A stretch of 64,000 bases of DNA from the human T2T-CHM13v2.0 reference genome, Homo sapiens. A model generated the notes under the pieces. The model had not been told where the DNA came from. It saw only the letters and a program-made list of their open reading frames with translations, and ran no database searches. A program made the translations under genes and the position numbers. The stretch lies in NCBI RefSeq assembly GCF_009914755.1, contig NC_060933.1; one strand, written 5' to 3'. Positions 36,446 to 54,501 of the stretch are shown piece after piece (the first letter of the stretch is position 1; every line of letters starts with the position of its first letter).

Positions 36446-37143
36446 TGAGAGGTGAAGCCAGCTGGGCTTCTGGGTTGAGTGGGGACTTGGAGAACTTTTG
36501 TGTCTAGTTAAAGGATTGTAAATGCACCAATCAGCGCTCTGTGTCTAGCTCAAAGATTGTAAACGCACCAATCAGCACTCTGTAAAAATGCACCAATCAG
36601 CGCTTTGTAAAATGGACCAATCAGCACTCTGTAAAATGGACCAATCAGTGCTCTGTAAAATGGACCAATCAGCAGGATGTGGGTGGGGACAAATAAAGGA
36701 ATAAAAGCTGGCCATCCCAGCGAGTAGCGGCAACCTGCTCAGGTACCCTTCCATGGTGTGGAAACTTGGTTCTTTTGCTCTTCACAATAAATCTTGCTGT
36801 TGGTCACTCTTTGCGTCCGCACTACCTTTATGAGCTGAGAGGGTCTGTGGCTTCATTTGTGAAGTCAGAGAGACTATGAACCCACTGAGAGGAACAAAGA
36901 ACTCCGGGCATGCCATCTTTAAGAGCTGTAACGCTCACTGCGAAGGTCTGCGGCTTCATTCCTGAGGTCAGGGAGACCACGAACCCACGGGAAGGAAGAA
37001 ACTCAGGACACATCTGAACATCTGAAGGAACAAACTCCAGATGCACCATCTTTAAGAGCTGTAATACTCACCGGGAGGGTCCGCAGCTTCATTCTTGGTG
37101 AGTAAGACCCAGAACCCACCAGAAGGAATAAATTTCAGACACA
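36446..37143 (+). mobile_element. LTR12-family (ERV9) solo LTR inserted in an old L1M fragment (~36240-37290)
   Basis: tgagaggtgaagccagctgggcttctggg...six CCAAT repeats...aataaaag...U5 repeats...agacaca; TSD ctag/atag. Confidence 0.93.
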
Positions 37144-37419
37144 ATAGCATATCTGTTTTATTGTGTCTGACTTACTTGAGTTAGCATAATGCCTTCAGGA
37201 TTCATTCATGTTGTACCCTAAGCCAGAATTTCATTCCTTTTTAAGACCAAATACTGATCCGTTGTATGGATATACCACATCTTGTTTATCACGTGCTTTT
37301 TCTTAACCATTAGGGTGGTCTTCATTCAGATACAATGCAATCATGGACATTCCTTTGGCTTTCAAGGGAATTAATGAAATTTGTATGGGTAAAGCCATAT
37401 ATGTATTTCTAGCAATACA

Positions 37420-39044
<1,625 letters not shown>

Positions 39045-39507
39045 TCCTCCTGACAAATTTACAGTTTTCCGCTTTGTGGCATAGACTGAGGGTGTATTTC
39101 ATCTTTCCTGCAAAGTCAATAGGCAGAAAGGGTAGGTGTCAGTTCTTCCCCCAGGCTGTCAGCTGGTGTGTCCCTGGTGTGCCTTTGGGAGAGAGAGCAT
39201 GGGGAAAGAGGATGCTTTTTCTTCTGTTAACGTGCTAATAAATACTATTTTCATTAATGAGTGAAATGCAAGGGTTATTTAAATGACATTTTGTCTCAAA
39301 GTAGTATAATGATTACAAGAAAAAAATTCTGTAGAACTTTTCATGTCATTAATTCAGGCATGGAGAACTGATATTTTTTCTTCTGTATGTAAACTACACA
39401 GATGAAACCTAATTTTATTTAATTTCATCTAACTTAGAGGCATCAAATTTCATTATGTATTTTAACATTTTTTATATAATTATAAAATATGTTTTAATAT
39501 AGGATTA

Positions 39508-39876
<369 letters not shown>

Positions 39877-39890
39877 TCAAGACTTTAGGA

Positions 39891-40099
39891 CAAGCTTGTC
39901 CAACTCACTGCCAAGGATGGCTTTGAATTCTGCCTGATATACATTTGTAAACTTTAATACATGAGATTTTTTTTGTGATTTTTTTTTTTTTAAGCTCATC
40001 AGCTATTGTTAGTGTTAGTGAATTTTATGTGTGGCCAAAAACACTTCTTCTTTTTCCAGGGAATAAGGCCCAGGGAATCCAAAAGATTGAACACCCCTG
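39891..40099. mobile_element. MER30 hAT-Charlie MITE
   Basis: caagcttgtccaac...aaaagattgaacacccctg; 8-bp TSD ctttagga/ctttagaa. Confidence 0.85.
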
Positions 40100-40261
40100 C
40101 TTTAGAACATTGATTTGTATCAGTTATATATAAAAGCTGATTAGCCATCTTTATAGGTCTTAATTTTATCACTACCTGTAAGGCTTTTTAAAAATGTAGT
40201 TCTTATTTTAATTAGAGTTATAAATGCACGTGATTTAAAAAAGAAGATATTTCCACAAGCG

Positions 40262-40765
40262 TGTCAAGAACTACGAAGGGTCTGAGATTTTACCCTACTT
40301 GAAAGTTAACAAGCCTGTTAACAATTTTCATGGATCCTGGCAAAAGACACAGACTCCTGGTCCAGAGATGAAGTGCCATTTATGACCTATATTAAGCAGT
40401 AGCAGAGGATCAGCATTTTTCTTTTAGGTTGCTAGAGCCTTAATTCCCACAGGGCAGTATGAAGAGGGCCAAGTGATAACTACAAACAGTGGGTTGCATT
40501 ATGGGAAAGAAACCCTGAGCTTAGAGAAGCCAAATCTTTTATAGTGGGCAGTAAGCATGCTGTGCTTTGCCCCAGGTAACATTGTCTTTATTATATTGTC
40601 AGTAAGAAGGTTTGCCCTTTGCTAGGGAGGGAAACACCATCTCTGTCTTTCTAGGCTGTTTGCTATAAAAATAGCCTTGAAAAAATTATCTGGAACAAAA
40701 AGACAGTGCCTCACTTGCAAGATGTACAGAAATGCAAGCCACCCATGGCGAATTGCCTCCCAACA
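40262..40765 (-). mobile_element. Old solo LTR (MER77/MER68-like, family uncertain)
   Basis: TG...CA ends; gaagggtctgagattttaccctacttg...gaattgcctcccaaca. Confidence 0.55.
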
Positions 40766-40834
40766 AAGAGTTGTACTTACGAAAAACAGCATGCTTCTCC
40801 CAATGGCCCCCCAAATCTCCTACTCCCTAAAACT

Positions 40835-41850
<1,016 letters not shown>

Positions 41851-41971
41851 GTTAACCATTTTCAACTTTTTACAGATTTCTTTAGGTGTGTATTTTCATA
41901 TCTCTAAATAATAATGCTTATATGGTTTCTAAATTATTCAGCTTTAAGTTCTTTCTACTATTAAGGAGGGG

Positions 41972-44600
<2,629 letters not shown>

Positions 44601-44619
44601 AGATCCTGTCTTTTTCTTA

Positions 44620-44850
44620 ATGGGCAGTAGAGCACAAACTTGGGGGCCAGATTATGTGGGTTTGAAGCCTAGCTCTTCTGCTTACTAGCCATATGACGTT
44701 CGAAGAGCTATTTAACCTCTTTATGCCTCAGTTTCCTTATCTAGAAAATAATACTTTCTATGTAGCATTCTCCTGAAGATTCTATGTGTTAATACGGGTA
44801 AGCCATTTAGAAGAGTTCCAGAGCATATTAAGCACTCCAGGTTAGTGATG
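44620..44850 (+). mobile_element. MIR SINE
   Basis: tttaacctctttatgcctcagtttccttatct core. Confidence 0.75.
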
Positions 44851-45283
44851 TTGTTAATGCTCTTACAGTTGCTGGTGAATTTCATCTTTTAGTGGCATAC
44901 TTCTCATAGTAACCTGCTGAGAAAGGTGCATGTGACTTTGCTGTATAAAAATGCCTTTCTGTTACATCACATTTGACCAATAGCTTGGCTGGTTATTTAG
45001 AATTCCAAGTTGAAAACAGTTTTCCTTCAGAATTTGGAAAGCATTGCTCTATTTTAGTCTACCTTTCAGCAGAAGGTGGGCTGTAAATTGCACGGTCTCA
45101 GCTTTCCCCATAGCCTGCTTTAGGATTCAGCTTCCTGAGATCTCCAAGTCAGTTATCATTCACTACCTCTAATTTTCAAATTTTTGATGCTACTACTTCA
45201 GTTATATTCTTTGTGTTTGAGGGACTTAGCCTTTTTTGAAAAATTGCTTATTATCATTTTATCTTAAACAGAGTATGCTTTTA

Positions 45284-45513
<230 letters not shown>

Positions 45514-46317
45514 CTAGATCTAAATTTTTAGCAGAAGAGCTTGGCCGGTTCCTCATGGCCAGCCACAGTTAGGGTCTCAGCAGTTTGTTCAGTGTGAGAC
45601 CACAGAGGAGCTAAGCAGCTCACTGCAGGGAGTCACAGACAGGTATCAGAGACTACCCTCCAAGCAGGGCAAGGTTGTGGTGGGGACAGAGACCAAATAC
45701 CCTAAGATGAGATGAGGCTATGAAAGTGCAATTGGCCAGAAAGAACTCCACCCTGAATGGCAAGGCCTTCGCCTTGTGATCTTACCTGTTTCCTGCTCCT
45801 TCCCTTGACCTACCTTGGGTGGCGTTTGGGCTCCCTCACTTGGGTCACAGTCCTCCGAGATACTGGCATGGCTTTGACATCAAACACAGTAGTTGGTATT
45901 TTGCTCCAGTCACAGCAGCCTCTGGGACACTGAACAGTAGTCCTTGGAGAGTCAGTGAAATTGATAAGTATTCACTGGGACTAGAAGCCAACTGAACTTA
46001 GACCATGCTTCCTGCTGCCGAAGGGCAATAGGTTGGTGACCCAGGTTTATCCATCAGCGGTTTGTTTATGCATAGATGTGTGCATATGCTTACGTGCATA
46101 TGTAGGCATGAGCCACCGCGCCCAGCCAGTTTTGTCTTCTTGAAGATGTCTCTCCCAGGGCCTTCTGACAGGTTCCAGTCTGCTGTGGTTGTCTGTTGGC
46201 TTGTTATATGGCCTAGATGTTCCTTGACCTGGGGATTCTCTTTTTTTTCTTCTTCGGTTAGATCTCCTTTCTGATTCTTACATCCTCCCCTTTCTTGGTT
46301 AATAATGCATACATATA

Positions 46318-47473
<1,156 letters not shown>

Positions 47474-47856
47474 TGAGGCAAACCACTTCAAATGTAGTAG
47501 GATACAACAATATCATTTTATTTTTTTGCTCACACATTCTGTTGGTCAAGAATTCGGTGAAGACTGGAGTTACTAGGGGCTGTAGTCATCTGATGGCTTC
47601 TTCACTCACATGTCAGACATCTGGCTGGGATTACTTGAAAACAGGGTTCAGCTGGAACAGTTGACTAAGGTACCTATATCTGGTCTCTCCATGTGGCTTC
47701 TTACAGCATGGAAGCTGGTTCTAAAAGGGAGCCTCTATCTAGAGAGCACATTTTTCAAGACAACTGGGCGGAAGCTGCATGGTTTTACATGACCTTGCCT
47801 TGATGGTGACATAGTATTTCTTTTGCCAAACTTTATTGGTCAAACCATAATCATAA

Positions 47857-48311
47857 TGTGTCTGGAGTTGGTTCCTTCTGGAGGGTTCTTGGTCTCACTG
47901 ACTTTAAAAATGAAGCCGCAGACCTTTGCAGTGAGTGTTACAGCTCTTAAAGGTGGTGTGGACCCAAAGAGTGAGCAGCAGCAAGATTTATTGTGAAGAG
48001 CAAAAGAACAAAGCTTCCACAGGCGTGGAAAGAGACCCCAGCGGGTTGCCACTGCTGGCTCAGGTGTCCAGCTTTTTATTCCTTTATTTGGACCCGCCCA
48101 TGTCCTGCTGATTGGTCCGTTTTACAGAATGCTGATTGGTCCATTTTACACAGTGCTGATTGGTCTATTTTTACAGAATGCTGATTGGTGCATTTACAAT
48201 CCTCTAGCTAGACACAGAGCACTGATGGGTGTTTTTACAATCCTCTAGCTACACAGAAAAGTTCTCCAAGTCCCCACTTGACCCAGGAAGTCCAGCTGGC
48301 TTCACCTCTCA
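47857..48311 (-). mobile_element. HERV9 3' LTR (LTR12 family), 455 bp
   Basis: Same termini as the 5' LTR; adjacent to the polypurine tract. Confidence 0.9.
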
Positions 48312-48429
48312 ATCCCCCCTCTAAACAGGACACCCCAACTGCTGTTGGGAATTGGGTGATGACCGCTCTAGCTAATTCCTGCTGGATAAGAGCTAAGAAG
48401 AGGCCCTGCAGTTGTAGTGTCCTCCAGAG

Positions 48430-49075
48430 GGGAACTCTTTAGGCCAGTCAAAAGGCCAGCGGGTCAGTCCAGGGGTCCTCAGTAGAAGTTGTTAGTTGAG
48501 CTCATTTGGGGTTCCATTTGTAAGACCATCTGTAGCTTGATGGCCTCAATCCTAGAGGAAACAAATTTGACAAGGAGGTTAAAAATACAGGGCCCGAAGG
48601 CAAGTAATAGCAAGATGGCTGTCATGGGACCTAGAAAGGGGAGAAGTCATGTCCACCAACTCCAGAGGTTGGTATAAGAGTTTGAAAGGCGTTGTCTGAT
48701 TTCAGAAGCCTTTTCCTCTAAGTGCCGGGCAGCATCTCGTACTATCCCTGACTGGTTAGTGTAAAAGCAACACTCTTTCCCTAAGAAGGTGCAAAGTCCT
48801 CCTTTCTCAGCAGTGAGGAGGTCTAGGCCTCAGCGGTTTTGGAGAGTCACTGCTGCCAAAGAGTCTATTTGGGATTGTAGTTACTATCCTTACTGGATAG
48901 ATTTTTTATTTCTTGCAAACTGTATGAGAAATGCTTTGAGAGTGTGTGGTAGTAATGAAGTAGATAAACCTGATATTCTGGTTCCTGTAGCAGTGGCCAT
49001 TTCTAACCCTATACGTAGAGGTATTAGTTGTATGGCCCTGTGCTGACAGACTTGAGCTTTGAGGGGCACTGACAA
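48430..49075 (-). pseudogene. env: HERV9 env TM remnant
   Basis: RAIQLIPL fusion-peptide region; [26 protein letters not shown] (immunosuppressive domain plus CX6CC). Confidence 0.9.
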
Positions 49076-49659
49076 GGTCTGATTTCCACAAGATTAGAAG
49101 TTAGGATAATACACGTTACACTGTTAACGTTTAGCGAACTTTACTTTTGTTGAAAATCTTGTAAGTTTGGGATTTTAATTTTTGTTTGCTATTAATAAAA
49201 CCTTGTTCAGTCCATAGTAACTTAGAATTGGTATAGATGGCTCCTTCCTGATTCTGTAAGTACTTTAAGGTTTGGCTGAGTGCAAAGAACTCACTTGTTT
49301 GAGCAGACCAATTATTAGGCAAGTTTCCTAACTCTGCAAGAGTTTTCTTATCACTTACTGAATACCCATTGTGTCTTTTCCTGTTCTGAAGGGAGTTCCT
49401 CCTAGGTCAGACCTTTGTATGATAATTAGTTAAGATTTAGATCCCCTGTAAGGAAACCTGCTGGGTTAAGGATTTTTGATCAGAAGGCTGTGAGTTGTCA
49501 GTGGCCTCAGTGCTTTTGGGCTACGCCCTTGTTTATACTGACAACAAGGTGGTACTGGAGTGTTACAGTGTTACAGGGAAGACCTTCAATTATCAATTAT
49601 AGGTTTTTAATTTACCCTGGCTTTTAAAGGAATAGATTACACTTTTTTCTTTACTACTT

Positions 49660-49830
49660 CCATCTCTCTTTCTTTCTCTTTGACTTCTTCTTTGTCTCTC
49701 TCTTTTTGACTCCCTCTTTGTCTCTCTTCCTCTCTCTCTTTGACTTTGTCTCTTTCTCTCTCTGACTCCCTCTTTGTCTCTGTCTCTTCCTCTCTCTCTC
49801 TCTCTGACTTTCTCTTTCTCTCTTTCCTTA
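49660..49830 (+). repeat. TC-rich low-complexity tract inside the provirus
   Basis: Imperfect ctctctttgtctctct / tgact units. Confidence 0.9.
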
Positions 49831-49869
49831 CTGCTGGTCTTTCCCTGCCTCTGCCAGCTGCTTATGCTG

Positions 49870-51150
49870 CTGTTCTCCTCTCCTTCCCCTTTTTGATGGC
49901 TTCGGCAGTGTAAGACTGCCACCTCTTTGGGTTTTTGCACTGCATGCAATAACTCCATGATTTCCTTGTGGTATTTAATGGGTGTCCCCCCAGAGGTTAG
50001 GAACTCCCTTTCTTTCCATATTGCAGCATGGGCATGTAGGATTAGATAAGCATACTTGCTATCTGTATACAAATTTGTTGTTTTCCCTTTCCCAGTTTTA
50101 AGGCTCGGGTAAGTGCCACTGGTTCTGCTAACTGGGCGCTGGTCCCTGGGGGAAGAGGCTTACTTTCAAGTACTGTTACATCACTAACTGTGGCATAACC
50201 TGCCCTTCATATCCCATTCTCCACAAATGAACATCCATTGGTATATAGGTTAAGGTCAGGATTAGCTAAGGGGACTTCTAAGAGATCCTCTTGGGCAGCA
50301 TAAGTCTGGACAATAATTTGTTGGCAGTCATGCTCAACTGGTTCCCCATCCTCTGGGAGAAAAGTGACAGGGTTGAGGGCTGCACACGTGCATATTTGAA
50401 GCACTGGTCCCTCAAGGAGTAGCGCCTGGTATCTAAGTAGGCAGTTGTCTGATAGCCATGAACTTCCTTTGGCACCTAATATGCCATTTACATCATGAGT
50501 AGTCCAGACAGTGAGATCCTTTCCTTGTATTATTTTGATAGCCTCTGACACTAAGACAGCCACCGCCGCAACTATCTGTAAACAGTGAGGCCAGCCTTTT
50601 GCTACTGTATCAATTTCCTTACTTAGGTATGCCACTGGTTGTGGGGTTGTCCCATGAGTCTGAGTAAGGACGCTAAGAGCTATTCCTGCTCTGTCTGTGA
50701 TGTATAAAGAGAAGTTTTGTCCTGTGGGAAGGCTTAAGGCTGGAGCTTGAGTTTGTTCCTTCCAATGCCCAGACTTCAGGGTTGATTCCCTCCTCAAGCA
50801 GCGGACAACAAATGGGTAACTTGTTCCCCATATTCATGTAGATAATAGCTCCAGCTATGGATAATATGTCCCTCCCTAATAAAGGTATGGGACTTTCAGG
50901 CATAACAAGAAAGGCATGTGGAAAGAGCAAAGTCTCCCAATTACAACTGAGGAGGTGGGAGAAATACCTGGTTACAGGCCATCCCAGGATTCCTCAGATG
51001 GTAAGGGACCTTGAGGACAGCTGTCCGGGACAGGAGATTAACACGAGAAAGCCGCACCAGTGTCCAGGAGGAAGTCAATTTCCTGGCCCTCAGTGGTTAA
51101 ATGTACCCGGGGCTCAGTGAGGGTGATGACATGAGCTGGTGCTTGCCCCG
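49870..51150 (-). pseudogene. pol: HERV9 pro plus pol connection/RNase H remnant; RT core and integrase not seen
   Basis: FLLDTGA (DTG at 51056-51064), PIPLLGRDIL, PVAYLSKEID, YTDSKYAYLILHAH...AVLHCRSHQKG. Confidence 0.88.
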
Positions 51151-51157
51151 GGCACCC

Positions 51158-52640
51158 TCAGTCCTTTTGTTGGATTATCTGGTTGGCGGCTTCTGGCCCA
51201 GAGAAACTTTGTGCCTTCCAGTGATTTCCGCGGCATAGTGGACACAGACGAGGGGGCAGCTTGTTTCTCGTTGGACGATCTTTTTTAAAGTATTTCTGCA
51301 AACCACACTGATAACAAGCCCTACTGGGTGATTGGCCTGCTCCATTTTCTGTCCTCTCTAAACCAGCAAGGTTTGTTTGTCTGAGAGCCATGACTAAGGC
51401 TGCGGCCTTTCTCTGATCCCGCTTTTCCTTTTAGGCCTGTTCCTCTTGGTCCCTATTATAGAATACCGAGGTTGCGAGGTTTAATAATGTCTCCAGATTT
51501 TGTTCAGGGCCCAGGACTCACTTTTGGAGCTTTCTCCTGACATCTGCAGCTGATTGGGTAATAAACTTATCTTTTAGGATCAATTGACCCTCGAGGGAGT
51601 CGGGTGACAGGGGAGTATATTTTCTTAAGGCCTCCCGTAGCCGCTTGAGGAAGGCAGAAGGATTCTCTTCCTTGCCCTGAGTTATGGTGGACATCATTGA
51701 ATAATTCATGGGCTTTTTCCTAATTCTCCTTCATCCTTCTAGAACACAGGTCAGCAGACGTTTACGACTCCAGTCCCCATGATCTGAGTTGAGGTCCCAG
51801 TGGGATCCATACAGGGGATGGCTTGCTGACCGGTAGGGAATTTGTCCCTTTCTTCAGCTGTCATTCTATCATTTACTTGACTAAGATACCAGGTATCTCC
51901 AAACTCTCGGGCTGCAGCTGAAGCCACATTCCTTTCATTTAATGGCCCAGAGTTTGATCTAACAATAGCATGACATCTCTCCAAGTGAGATCAAAGGTTT
52001 GCCCTAGACCCTGCAGGACATCTATATACCTATCAAGATCATCTGAAAACTTCCCCAGGTCTGCCTTGATCTGCTTTAAGTCAGAGAGGGAGAAGGGGAC
52101 ATGTACCTGGGTTGGGCCAAATTCCCCTCCCCCTACAGCTTGAAGGGGACATAACTGATAGCCTGGGGGTTTTTGTGGTCCTTTGGAGATTTCTTTGCTT
52201 GTTTCCTTCTGGGCGGGGGAGATTAGAGGAGGCTCATCATTAATAGGAAGGAGAGCTATAGGGAGGCTAGGATATGGAGATAAGCTGAGAGGTCATCCTG
52301 TGGGATGTAAATTGCAAGCTTTGCATAGTTGTGGATTCTCCTTCAATGAAAAGAAAGCTTGGACATAAGGTATTTCACTCCACTTGCCTTCCCTTTTACA
52401 GAAAATGTCAAGCTGCAGGATAGTATTGTAATTTCTACTTCCCTCAGGTGGACATTTTTCCCCATCAGAGAGAGAATATTGGGGCCAGGCCATAGTGCAG
52501 AAAAAAATAAGCCACTTCTTTTTCAGGGTTTGCAGGTCAGATTGTCCCAGTGGCTTAGGATGCATTTCAAGGGTGAGCCTGTTGATGCCTGAGTGTTTCC
52601 CATCTGAAAGAAAAAACCACCCGCGGTTTTGGTTTGTTCC
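51158..52640 (-). pseudogene. gag: HERV9 gag remnant (frameshifted)
   Basis: [21 protein letters not shown] (MA), TQGKEENPSAFLKRLREALRKYT (MHR), broken zinc knuckle CYQCGLQKYFKKDR. Confidence 0.9.
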
Positions 52641-53737
52641 CCGCCCCCCACCAAGAACCCATAACGGTCCCTGGACCCTGCTGATTGGAATAGTTGCACT
52701 CACCGACACAGCAGCAGAAACACTAGTTTTCCTGCTAGACCACAAGGATGACCGAGGAAGGTCGGATTTAGTGGCCCTTGCTGACGCATTCTTGAAAACC
52801 TGCACCCTTGCCTATTCTCCTGGGCCACAAAGAGGACTGAGAAAAATCGGATTTAGTGACCCTTACCAACACATTCTTGAAAACCTGTTAGAGTCCTAAG
52901 CATTCTCCTGTTAGTATTGGGACCTTACCCCTGTCCCATAAAGATGTTATGCCCCCAAAATGAAGTGGAGGGCCATACCCTGAGGGAGGGAAGGGATCTC
53001 CAGGGTTGGAAGAGTGACACATTTTGTTCTCACTTCTCATCATATGAATAGGAAGGATATCATGTCTGAGGCTCCCCATATCCTAGCTTCAGGAGTAGCT
53101 TTTGTTAGGCCTGCTAGTCTGAGAAATAATTTTGGCAAAAATTATTTCTTTCTGATTGGTGAGCCCAGGTGCCTAAAGAAGGGAACAGAGTCCTGAAGTT
53201 TATACTAGAAATCATTCTTATAGGAGAAACTAGAAAAGCACCAGAGACAGGGAGTGGTTTTTATAATAGGGACTAGCCTCGGAGAAGAGAGCAAGAAGTT
53301 TGTCTGACAGGCTTTAGGAGCCAGGAGGCAAGGGTCAGGATAGATAGGATAGATGGGCGAGTCTCACTTGGGTGATATGACTTGGAGGAGAGTTCTGCTC
53401 TTGGCTACAGGGTCAGCCAACTTTCTGTCAGGACCCCGGAGCTGAATGGCTTTCCTCTCTGTCAACCCTGGGCTCAGCCTGGAAGTACAGGAAAAGCGGA
53501 AGCTGTTTTCAGGCAAACCAACACTCCCAACTCCAAAGAGTTGGGGGTTGTTAGGTAGCCATTTCCCAGAAAACCTGACACCCGTATCTTTAGTCCGGCA
53601 GCCGCACTAGTCGCTTTTAACTGGCCGATAGGTGCCCAGTATTTAGCCACCAAATTCTAAGGAAAAATAGGACAGAATAGCAAGCGAAAGGGGTCCGATG
53701 GTACTCACTGCTTGGTGATGGTCCAAGGTCACCAAGA

Positions 53738-54279
53738 TGTGTCCAGCATTGGTTCCTTCTGGTGGATTCTTGGTCTCGCTGACCAAGAATAAAGCCGCGG
53801 ACCTTTGCAGTGAGTGTTACAGCTCTTAAAGATGGTGTGTCCAGAGTTTGTTCCTTCAGATGTGTCTGGAGTCTCTTCTTTCCATTGAGTTCATGGTCTC
53901 GCTGACTTCATGAGTGAAGCCGCAGACCTTTGCGGTGAGTGTTACACCTCTTAAAGGTGGTGGGGACCCAAAGAGTGAGCAACAGCAAGATTTATTGTGA
54001 AGAGCAAAAGAACAGAGCTTCCACAGCATGGAAGGGGACCAGAGCAGGTTGCCGCTGCTGGCTTGGGTGGCCAGCTTTTATTCCCTTATTTGCTCCCGCC
54101 TATGTCCTGCTGATTGGTCCATTTTACAGAATGCTGATTGGTCCATTTTACACAGTGCTGATTGGTCCATTTTTACAGAATGCTGATTGGTACATTTACG
54201 ATCATCTAGCTAGACACAGAGCACTGATTGGTGCATTTACAATCCTCGACCCAGGAAGGCCAGCTGGCTTCACCTCTCA
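53738..54279 (-). promoter_or_regulatory. HERV9 5' LTR (LTR12 family), 542 bp
   Basis: Five minus-strand CCAAT boxes and AATAAAA at 54076-54082, next to the PBS and the major donor GTGAGTAC (53701-53708, minus). Confidence 0.9.
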
Positions 54280-54441
54280 ATAAGGCCACTCAAATTCAAG
54301 AGGGAGGGAATTTGACTACTTCTTGGTTGGGGAGTGGCAAGGTCATATAGCAGAAGAAAATGTTGGGTGAAAATATTGGCCTGGCTGTCTTCAGAAAATA
54401 TATTGTGCCTCATTAATATTTTTTTAACATATTTTTAACTT

Positions 54442-54501
54442 TATATCCTGAGGATGTTAGTGGTAGTTTTCTATATCCTGAGAATGTTAGTGGTAGTTTT
54501 C
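54442..54501 (+). repeat. 30-bp tandem duplication
   Basis: tatatcctgag(g/a)atgttagtggtagttttc twice. Confidence 0.9.

Larger units (their letters stand above)
47857..54279 (-). mobile_element. HERV9 provirus, internally deleted (6.4 kb), antisense to GCNT1
   Basis: Two LTR12-type LTRs, exact TSD ATAA (47853-56 / 54280-83), degenerate PBS (~53719-53737), PPT next to 48312, and gag-pro-RNase H-env(TM) remnants. Confidence 0.95.

Noticed and set aside
36520-36675. Regularly spaced ~24-bp repeats resembling a CRISPR array (also ~48100-48240 and ~54105-54240)
   Set aside because: They are LTR12 U3 CCAAT tandem repeats with no unique spacers or cas genes, in eukaryotic DNA.
49593-50072. 159-aa RNase H fused to an RE-rich tail as a novel protein
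   Set aside because: Read-through of a pol remnant into a simple repeat; no evidence of expression or selection.
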